From Chiloscyllium plagiosum (taxonomy: Eukaryota), in the NCBI RefSeq assembly GCF_004010195.1, contig NC_057718.1, positions 77,667,145 through 77,731,144 on the forward strand: DNA of 64,000 bases, in the 5' to 3' direction. Position numbers and translations under genes: made by a program. Below, piece by piece: positions 37,362 through 47,604 of this stretch. The notes under the pieces are model-generated. The model worked only from the letters and a program-made list of their open reading frames with translations, was not told the DNA's origin and made no database searches. The first letter of the stretch is position 1; each line of letters begins with the position of its first letter.

Positions 37362-38600
37362 AGTGTTTTGATGTGAAGGGCACTGCTTGGCACTGGCCGC
37401 TCTGGTGTTTCCTTTATTTTCCTGGTGGTGGAAATTGAATAAAGATTTGTGCACCTTGTGTCCCTCACTGTGTCTCACACCTGCACACACACACCATGGG
37501 TGCTGGGGGAAAAAATAAGCACTACTGCAGTTAGGCGGTAGTGTGGGGGTTTATAATAATTAAAAAAAGGAAAAAATAAACAGGAGTGTCAGAGGTTCTG
37601 TTCACTCTGAGAACTGGCTCTGAGGGAGCTGGATCAGTGTGAAGTACTACACAAGTGTAACATCCAAGGAGCAGGAGAATCGATGTTTCGGGCATGAGCC
37701 CTTCTTCAGGAAGCTCCTTGGATGCTGCCTGACCTGCTGCGCTTTTCCAGCAACACATTTTCAGCTCTGATCTCCAGCATCTGTAGTCCTCGCTTTCTCT
37801 GACACATGTGTACATAAAGGGGGACCTGGTGACAGGATACTGGCCTCTGTGGAATTACTAAAAAAAAGAAAAAAGAAACTGGGGTGTCAGCGGTTCTGTT
37901 TACTCTGAGAGGTAGCTCTGAGGAAACCGGATCAGTGTCATAAAAAAAATAGATGTGTCCCTCTGATGTCCCTCTGCACTGCTTGTCCTGGGGGTGGAAA
38001 TTTTGAATAAAGATTTGTGCACCTTGTGTCTCTCACCGAGTCTCACACCTGCACACACACACCATGGGTGCTGGGGAAAAAATAAGCACTACCGCAGTTA
38101 GGTGGTAGTGTGGGGTAAAAAAACACAGGGGTTCTGCTCACTCTAAGGAAAAAAATACACAGGAAATAAATAAGTAAATAAATAAAAGTGTTCCCCTTCA
38201 CTTTTTTGATCACACAGCATCGCCCTTTGGTGTGAAGGGCACTGCTTGTCACTGGCCACTCGAGTGTTTCTTTGCTTCCTGGTGGTGGAAACCGAATAAA
38301 GATTTGTGCACCTTGCGTCTTTTACTGTGTCTCACACCTGCACACACACAACATGGGTGCTGGGGAAAAAATATGCACTACCGCAGTTAGGCGGTAGTGT
38401 GGGGGTGAAAAAAACTAAACAGGAGTGTCCCCCTTCACTGTTTGATCACTCAGCATTGCCCTCTAAGAAGGGCACTGCTTGTCACTGGCCACTTGGGGGT
38501 TTCCTTTCTTCCTGGTGGTGTGCAGGTGTGAGACACACACATCATGGGTGCTGGGGACGATAAGAGCGTTACCGTAGTTAGGCGGTAAGTGTCGGGGTTT
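37362..38600 (+). mobile_element. Four further Tx1 3' UTR copies interleaved with LTR fragments
   Basis: UTR motifs (gggcactgcttg / gaataaagatttg / tgtgtctcacacctgcacac / 3' hairpin) at ~37362, ~37975, ~38187, ~38428. Confidence 0.9.
37661..37800. mobile_element. PLE pseudo-LTR fragment with minus-strand hammerhead core (37682-37709)
   Basis: Minus strand CTGAAGA-a-gggc-tcat-gccc-GAAA-catc; flanked by acaca(a/t)gtgta. Confidence 0.8.
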
Positions 38601-38740
38601 TGTAAAATCAGCAGAGTCTGATTTTTCTCTCAAAGAGCTGGCTCAGAGGGAGCTGGATCAGTGTGAGTGAAGGACTCTGCTCTTTTTTCCCAGTATTAAA
38701 GAGGAGAGGAGACTGATTCTGTTGGTGTCAGCCCCAAGAA

Positions 38741-38877
38741 AATATAAACAGGAGTGTCAGGGGTTCTGTTCACTCTAGGAGCTGGCTCTGTGCTAGCTGG
38801 GTCAGTGTCATATGCTATGCATCTGTAAATAAAGGGCAATTTAAAGACAGCATACCGGTCTTTGGGAAGTTATTTCA
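38741..38877 (+). mobile_element. 3' part of LTR-like element, starting at the TATA box
   Basis: atataaacaggagtgtcag...catctgtaaataaaggg...gttatttca aligns with 6851-6978, best at the 3' end. Confidence 0.8.
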
Positions 38878-39182
38878 GGGACATTGTGAAAATACAGCTT
38901 GTATGATAACAGTCATTCAGCAATTGCAATCAAATGTGTTGAGAATTTGCACTGTCTAGTTTCTCAGGAAAGGAGAAGAGAATTGGAAGTGACATATAAA
39001 TAAGGTAAGTTAAGGCTTTAATGAAACACATGAAAATAAGGTAACTGCCATTCAATGGTATGAAATTCGGAAATTGCCATTTGAGGCTTGAAGGGAAACT
39101 CTGAAAAAAAATTTTCTCAATATTGAGGATCTGATTTTTTTCATTCTCACTGTACTTTCCCACCTTCCTACCCATTGATCTA

Positions 39183-39332
39183 AAGATGTGCAGGTTAGGT
39201 GGCTTGGCCATTGGAAATGTAGGGCAATGGGAATAGGGTGGCTGGGTGGGTCTGATGGGATGCTCTTCAGCAAGTCTCTGTAGACTTGGTAGGCCTAATG
39301 GCCTGCTTGCACACTGTAGGGATTCTATGATT
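39183..39332 (+). mobile_element. HE1-type SINE 3' fragment
   Basis: aaagatgtgcaggttaggtgg...cacactgtagggattctatga. Confidence 0.8.
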
Positions 39333-39817
39333 ATTACACAAAGGGAGAGGAAAATTCATCATGGTGTTTATAATTAAGCACAAGAATTTCAATGGCAACT
39401 TGATATATGATCTAAGCAATGCAATTTCATGGTTATTTTGGGTGACGTTCCTAATCAATAACCAATTTATTTATTTAGATGAACATGTCAGATGTGACAG
39501 AACAGAGCTGTAATGACAGATCAGTTTGAGTAAAAAAATCAAACATTCCTTTGACACCAGTCAATACTGTCGCAATGTTTCAATTACGTAATTAGTTCAA
39601 CCTCGACTGAATTCAGCTGCCTCGCATGACAGAGCTTGTAAGCTGTTTTACTTATGAAGCTATGTACAAAACCATAAGAGATGCTGTTGTAATTCCTGCC
39701 TTGGCTTGAAAAGATTCCCAAATTGAAAGAACGATACAATGTCCAGGAAAAGGCAAAGCAGAAAGAATGCAAATCATTTTAACCAAACACATCAGGCAGG
39801 AACCTGATAGGATTGAT

Positions 39818-39925
39818 ATTTCCTAATTAACTTGTTCAGAGACATTATTACACACCTCCATAGTAGGTGGAACTTGAACCTAGCCCTCCTGGCTTAGATG
39901 TGGGGTCGCTGCACCACAACAGCCC
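39818..39925 (-). mobile_element. Short tRNA-derived SINE
   Basis: Homologous to 13296-13404. Confidence 0.7.
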
Positions 39926-39959
39926 CTGATGAGATTGGTTCAATTAATTCAAAATGAAT

Positions 39960-40920
39960 CAGCTGCAACAGGACATTAATAAACTACCAAAATGGGCAGA
40001 CAATTTGCAGGTTGAATTTAATTCAGAGAAGTGAAATGTGATGCGTTTTGGCAAAAGGAATAGGAAGAAGCAATATATTCTAAACTGCGTGCAGGAATAG
40101 AGGGTTCTGGAGTGTACATTTGTCCTGATCTTTGACAGGAGGAGGAGGAATTGAGAGAGTGGGTAGCAAAATATATGGCATCCTGGACTTCATAAATAGG
40201 CATATTAAATACAAAAGATTTGGAATTATGCTAAACACTTGTGAGTCTCTGGTTAGGCCTAAACAAGAGTGCTGTTCCCCCATATTGTCACTACACTTTA
40301 GAAAAAATGCCAGTATCCTTGAAAAGATGCAGAGAAGATTTACGAGAATGATTCTACAGACCAGATCTTTTAGTTACCGATTATGTTAGAAAGGCAAGAG
40401 TTGTTTTCCTTGGAGCATTAAGGAAGAATTTTATGGAGGTGTACAGAGTCTGATAAGCTTCAATAAGCTGGAGAAGGAAAACCTCTTCCCGTTGGTTGAT
40501 GGTACAAGATCAAGAGGATGCATATTTCAGAATTTGGTAAGAGATGCAGGGAATTGATTGGAAGATATGTTTTACACAATGAATGGTAATATGCTGGAAC
40601 TTTTGGTTCACGAAGGGATGGAAGTGGAGGTAAAAGAGGTAAAGAGGTTCCTGATGAAGGGTTTTTGCCTGAAACGTCGATTTCGAAGCTCCTTGGATGC
40701 TGCCTGAACTGCTGTGCTCTTCCAGCACCACTAATCCAGAATATGGAAGTGAAGGTAATCAATGATTTCAAAAAGAAATTGGACTGCCACTTGAAGAAAA
40801 CAAATTTGCAGGGTTAGAGGAATTGAGTGAGTGAAAAAGGTGAACTGGAGTGCTTCACAGGGAGCCAACATGTGTTTGATGAGTCAAATACCCTCTTTCA
40901 GGGCCATGGATCACTCTGTG
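39960..40920 (+). mobile_element. Old CR1 3' fragment
   Basis: LVRPKQECC...LEKMQRRFTRMI in ORF 40132-40389. Confidence 0.8.
40634..40742 (+). mobile_element. 109-bp PLE pseudo-LTR insert with hammerhead core (40651-40678)
   Basis: CTGATGA-a-gggt-tttt-gcct-GAAA-cgtc; flanking duplication atggaagtg(g/a)aggtaa at 40618-40633 and 40743-40758. Confidence 0.85.
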
Positions 40921-40957
40921 CTAAAAAGAAACAAGTAACTGAGACACAGAAGATTTG

Positions 40958-41083
40958 AAACAAAAACAGTGTTGGTGAAACTCAGCAGATCTGGCGGCAC
41001 CTGTAGAGAGAAACACAGTTAACATTTTGAGTCCAGTGAGGCTTCATCAGTATTGCTGAGTTTCTCCAGCATTTTCCATTTTT
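40958..41083. mobile_element. Palindromic PLE-derived short element, truncated
   Basis: aaactcagcagatctggcggcacctgt... paired with ...tgctgagtttctccagca. Confidence 0.65.
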
Positions 41084-44033
41084 GACCCTGTGCTTACTTG
41101 GCTGGATGGCTGATCTTTCTAATTTCAAAATGTACTTCATTCTTAAAAAAATCCATATACATACACACAGGTATAAACACAATTCGGTTCTGTACAGTAG
41201 CATATCAAGGAAACAAATAAACATTAAAGTTTGACTCTATCCAAACCAACCAAAAGCATCTCTCACTTGAACCAAATTTTATTTATGTACATTGGAAGTG
41301 CCAAGAGGGTCCAATAACTGAACAGACCCCCATTTAACTTTGGCACCAAGACCTGAGAGTGTTCTTGCCCCACTGCCCACTGGCAGCAGCTGTCCTAAGC
41401 TTTCATGCATCTATCTATTTCAAAAATATTTTTTTTTCATAAATATTTTTGTGTATATATACATTGTCACTAATGCAGTTCTGTTCTGCATAGTAGCATA
41501 TCAAGTGAACAAACAAGCCTTGTAATACAGACTGACACAAACAGCAAAAGTTCAATTCCCAGAGTGGCTGGAGTCATTGTGAATGCCCCGCTTTCACAAC
41601 CTCCTCTGAGGAGTGGGGACCCTCTGGTTAAACCCACCACCAGTCATCTCTCTAATGAGAGAGAGCAGCCTATGGTTCTCTGGGAATATGGTGACTTTCA
41701 CTTTCTTGTTTTATTTCACCATACCTCTATAGAAAGTAAAATTGAAGAGTGCATAAAACAGACAACCAATATGACCCCATGGGAATTCCATCAGGTGAGT
41801 GGATTTAAGATGATAAGCTCATAGAGGCTTCAGCACATCTACAGAAGTGCAAACTAAATACACACAGATCAGATGTTGCTTTTTGACTAATCTGAGGGAA
41901 AGAAATTCTAATTTGCTTTACGCATGTTTTGGGGTTAAAAATGAATAGTAGAGAGACCCATTTTGAGTCATAATCTGCCACTGTAATGGCTGACTGAAAA
42001 TAGGAAAATAAGACTCTGCTGCTTGCTTTTGTTTCCTTTTTATTTCTTATTTTGAATTTGCAGCTTAACAACATGGAATTACTTGTGAATGTAACTTCCA
42101 AATGTGAGATATATATACATTCAGAACACCAAAGTGACTAATGCGAGAAAGGCTACAGATCAACATCTATAACAAACAGAGATGGGCAATAGTACAAGCC
42201 CCGTCTCAGCTGTTACTAGGCCCATTCTAATTGTGGCCTGAGGGAATGTAAATCACTTGGCAACATGGTGCAGACACAGTGCAGCAAACTAGCAGGTAGC
42301 AATTCTGCCACAAACAGAATAAACAAAGCTCATGAATTAGCTGAATGCAAAACTTGTTGACACCTTAAGAATAAAACTGTTTCAAATTCTGATATTGTGT
42401 AAGCAAAGATTAATAAAACAAACCCAGTATTCTTCCACAAGATTTATTGAGGAAGAAAATGTTTGTACCTTGTTAGTCAGCACAGTGTAAATTCAAAGAA
42501 TTAAAAGAGAACATTTCCCACGAACACAATCAGTATCATCCACTTTAGCTGCTTTTTATATTGAAGCTACATAGATAGTAATTAAATAGAACTTACAACA
42601 CAGAAATATGCGATTTGGCTGGTCTGACCTCCTCCCACCCCTACTTTGTCAAATCCTATCAGTATATCTTTTTATTTTCTTTCTTCCACATGTACTGATT
42701 GAGATTTCCCATCTAATGTCATCTACTGTATGTGAGAGTGAGTTCAAACCCTAAGCATACTCTGGGTAAAGAAATTTCTCCTGATATCTGTATCGAATTT
42801 ACTGATGATATTAATAATGTTAATTAATCATACTTGCAACCTGACCAAAACTTTGGGCCAGTTTTCAGCTCCTGATGGACAGAGGAAATGAGGACTCTGT
42901 AGTCAATCCAACAATGGGTCCTGGATCAATGTATTATCTCGACCTCATTTGGCAAATCTCGGAAGGGAATCGCAGAAAGTCACATAGCCCAGAAGACATA
43001 CACTGGCTGCAGCCAAGTGGAGCCATGTTGCAGAAATCATAATGACAAATAGGAGAGGGTACTGTTGTTGTTACTGGTTCCACAGAGACTGCAAAACTAT
43101 TCAAATCATTGGGTGATATAGTTGGAAACTCGTTGTTGCTTCCCTTTTGTTATCATCTAGGTCCATGATTCTATTTTTAAAAAGAGGGATACCCTTATGC
43201 TTCCAATTGAGAGAAGGTGGGCTTGTGCGTATGCAGAACAGTAGATGCAACCATGTCGGGGCTAAGGAGAGAGTAAGAATCTGTTCATTCATTGGATGGG
43301 TTTAAAGTCACAATGAGTTTGACTACACACTGCTTTCTTTTAATTGTGTAGAAATAGGTTCAGATTTTCAAACTTCCTGTTTAAAAACTAATGCACTAAC
43401 CAAAATCAAAAGGATATCACCTCTTCAAGACAATACCAACACAGTAGAATATCAAATTGCAAATTTAAATAATCTCTGACAGGAGAATATTCCCAGGAAA
43501 CTTCACAGGAATTGCAAAACAGCATAAAGTCAAGGATCCATCATGGTCATCTACAATTCTGCATCACATGATGAAATGATGATGGTATTATTCACTATAC
43601 ATAGCAATCAATCTTTATTAATTTGACTGTAACAGATCTAAACGCATTGCATGGAACCCCCACTGATAGAGTTTTGGGAAACATAGGGGGTCTAGAGTCA
43701 CTTCTTTCTTTGCAAATATGTTATAGTTGCCATGTTTCAGACTGGGCTTTATGTACCCACACAAGAAAAAGCAGAACTCAAATAAAATAGAGCAGATGTC
43801 CAGCCCCCAGCCCTCCCAGTACTCCCCACACCACCAAGCTCACCATGGTAAGTGGGTATGTGTCAAAATAAACAGACTGGCCACCATATTTAAATAATTA
43901 ATTTAAATAAATAATCAATCTTCTCACCAAGCCACATGACCCTAACAATACATTGTCCATTTCATAATTTAGCTGGCACGGACAAGGAGGCAGCAATAGA
44001 CAAGCACCGTTTAGAAAAAGTTCTTTAAAAGGG

Positions 44034-45375
44034 TGTAAGGAAATGCAATGTGTCAGGTACCATCTTTGGAGAACTGCACACCTTGATGCAACCCCCTGAA
44101 AATAGAACTCTCCCCACTTCCCGACCACATCTGATACAACAAGCAGACAAACAGCCAAACCAAAGTAATCTCTGTATTCATAACACAGTACAATTAAAAC
44201 TTTCAAAGACCCTTGAATAGTCATTTCAATTGTTCCTAACAAGTCTTTTGAATAACGAAAGTTAGCGATTAATCATTTCCAGACACCATTTTTGTTTTGA
44301 ATCTTAAACAAAAGACTTTAGCAATTTATTAAATGCAGAATAACATTAGCAGAGAGAAAGAAAAATTAAAACGCATGGTAAGGATTAATGTCTGTGCTCT
44401 AAACTCAAAACATTTGTTTCCAGCTACCATTCACACGACAGACAGACAGACAAATACAGCTAAGGGATAAGTAAAAGAAAATAACAAAACTGACCAGATT
44501 GCGTAAATAGCTTTCATGATGCATTAGATTTTTTAGATTAGATTACATTACAGTGTGGAAACAGGCCCTTCGGCCCAACAAGTCCACACCGACCCGCCGA
44601 AGCGAACCCACCCATACCCCTACATTTACCCCTTACCTAACACTACGGGCAATTTAGTACGGCCAATTCACCTGGCCCTGCACATCTTTTGGACTGTGGG
44701 AGGAAACCGGAGCACCCGGAGGAAACCCACGCAGACACGGGGAGAACGTGCAAACTCCACACAGTCAGTCGCCTGAGGCGGGAAGTGAACCCGGGTCTCT
44801 GGCGCTGTGAGGCAACAGTGCTAACCACTGTGCCACCGTGCCGCCCACGGCCATTGTTTCACAGGTATAATATGGACCCTTTGGCTTTTTTAAACAAATG
44901 TTGATCAGAGTCAACATTTAAACCTTTTCTGTTCACAGGCAAAGGTAGCAATACTTCTATTGCATTGTTCATCTCTTTGGGCTTCTGGAAGCTGGTGTAT
45001 CAGATCAGGTGAGGAGTTTTCAAATTGTCATACTGCCTTAGCAGCATCCCAGAATCATCTCTCAGAAAATATTACTTAAAAAGACTTTAATTCTGGTTTG
45101 GCTCTGATAGACTGATACACACTTCAGGGGCCTCAAGTACTATTCAACAACCATCATGTGCTTGGACATTGGGTGTCTTTCAGACTTGCTGGAACCAACA
45201 TTCAGGCACTCACTTCACTAATAGGCAACTTCTGCTATTTGTTTAAACATAGTGGTCTTCCCAGAGATTGCTGTGTCTGCTAGAACCTTTGTAATCAAGG
45301 CTTAGCCTGCAATTAGCCCCAGATCTAACCTCACAAACAAACAAAGCTTGTTTGGTCTGCTATTTTCCTTTTACA
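44034..45375 (-). mobile_element. Possible solo LTR containing an HE1 insertion
   Basis: tgtaaggaaat ... attttccttttaca near-inverted ends; minus-strand AATAAA at ~44325; no TSD seen. Confidence 0.3.
44525..44848 (-). mobile_element. HE1-type SINE, full length
   Basis: Reverse complement closely matches 62686-62987; (taatc)n tail. Confidence 0.93.
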
Positions 45376-45597
45376 GTCATAGAGTCATAGAGATGTACAG
45401 CACGGAAACAGACTCTTTGGTCCAACTCGTCCATGCAGACCAGATATCCAAAACTAATCTAGTCCTATTTGCCAGCACTTGGCCTATATCCCTCTAATTC
45501 CTTCCTATTCATATACCCATTCAGGTGCCTTTTAAATGTTGTAATTGTTCCAGCCTCCACCATTTCCTCCAGCAGCTCATTCCATACACGGACCACC
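45376..45597 (-). mobile_element. CR1 3' tail
   Basis: gtcatagagtcatagagatgtacagc... is the reverse complement of the CR1 tail. Confidence 0.9.
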
Positions 45598-46132
45598 TCT
45601 TATCACAAGTTAAGCTTTTAACACGAGCCACCCTGAAGTCAACCAGTTATTTTCAGCTCATACTTCAAATTTGACAAAACCTTAAAATAAAGCTAATGAA
45701 AAATCAACAAATGCTCTAATACATCCTGTCCTATAACGTTCTCCACTTCCTAAACCAGGCACCAATCTGTGAAACATTTCCTTTTCCTCTTCCTAATCAC
45801 AATCTCTCTGACTTGCCTCTCATGATCATAATGTTATCCTCTGAGATATTCCTTCCCCATTTCTTGATCACCACCTCTCTCTTCCAAATCATGTCCCCAA
45901 AGGACTTCCTGGGAATTATACCTCCCTGGCTGTGACTCCCTACTGCTCAATTTGTTCTCACCACCAGCTATGCTGTTTATCTGACAGTGTTCAGTCAGAA
46001 TCTCCCATACCAAGTCTGTCTTCTCATTTAAAAATCAACTTATTTGTATGTCTGGAGTATATTGGACCTCAACCCAGGCTTTCAGGCTCAGAGATAGGAA
46101 CATTACCACAGATGGCGAGAAGAATGACAACA

Positions 46133-46970
46133 AGAGTCATAGAATCATAGAGATGTACATCAGGGAAACAGACCCTTCGGTCCAACTCGTCCATGCTGAC
46201 CAGATATGTTAATCTAATCTAGTCCCATTTGCCACCACTTGGCCCAATACCCTCTAAACCCTTCTTATTCATTTATCCATCCAGATGCCTTTAAATGTTG
46301 TAATTGTACGAGCGTCCACCACTTCCTCTGGCAGATCATTCCATACATGCACCACCCTTTGCATGAAAAAGTTGCCCCTTGGGTCCCTTTTTAATTTTTC
46401 CCCTCTCACCCGAAACCTATGCCCTCTAGTTCTGGACACTCCCACCCCAGGGAAAAGACTTTGTCTATTTACCCTATCCATGCCCCTCATGATCTTATAA
46501 ACCTCTATAAGGTCATCCCTCAGCCTGCGACGCTCCAGGGAAAACAACACCAGCCTATCCAACCTCTCCCTGTAGCTCAAATCCTCCAACCCTGGCAACA
46601 TCCTTGTAAATCTTTTCTGAACCCTTTCAAGTTTCACAACATCTTTCCGATAGGAAGTAGACCAGAATTGCATGCAATATTCCAACAGTGGCCTAACCAA
46701 TGTCCTGTACAGCCGCAACATGACTTCCCAACTTTTATACTCAATGCTCTGTCCAATAAAGGGAATCATACCAAATGCCTTCTTCACTATCCTATCTACC
46801 TGTGACTCCACTTTCAAGGAACTATGAACCTGCACCCCAAGATGTTTTGTTCAGCAACACTCCTGAGGACCTTACCATTAAGATATAAGTCCTGTTCTGA
46901 CTTGCCCTTCCAAAATGGCACACCTCACATTCATCTAAATTAAAAGCCATCTGCCACTCCTCAGCCCATC
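46133..46970 (-). mobile_element. CR1 LINE 3' part
   Basis: ORF 46269-46835 encodes the CR1 RT C-terminus. Confidence 0.93.
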
Positions 46971-47604
46971 CTCTATCGTGAGACAGTCATTTGTTTTCCC
47001 TCAATAATACCAATTGTTTAAGTTTAGAAAGGACTAGATTTTTCTGCGTCTAAAGTTTGCTATTGTCAGCTGTGACTGGGAATGTGTCTGGAAATATAAT
47101 ATGTTTAGAGACTTTTCCACTGTGAGCATCACGGGTCATATATATGCTAATGGAAGGCAGCTAAATGCGTCTGCATTCACTATTCAGCCTCCTGGACATT
47201 GTTCTAATTTGTAACTATAAGCACTTTGTATTAGAGCCCACTGCCATTTGAGACCCGAAGCTATGGGCAGCACTGCCTTATCCTTCCTAAGTAGACCAAG
47301 TAGGGGTTTGTGGTCATGATTATCACAGATTTTCTCCGTCTCCCTAGGACTTCTCCAACACAACTGACACTCAGCAAATAGGAAGAAGGTCAGAATGCCG
47401 GGCAGGTTTTACACAGCAAAGAGGTGTTGATGGCTGAAGGTCAATGCACTGTGAAAATGGTAAATGGTTGAACCAAATGAAACTACTAAAGCAGTGACAG
47501 GGCTGGAGGATAAGGCAGGTAATGGTGTACTCCCATCAGTCCTGCAGTGAGAAGCTATTCTGCTGCTGCATTCAATTTGAGCCTGTTTCCCATCTGTCCA
47601 AGGC

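Noticed and set aside
43841..43853. caccATG|gtaagt first-exon-like motif
   Set aside because: No promoter or CpG-island context and no linked exon; too short to support
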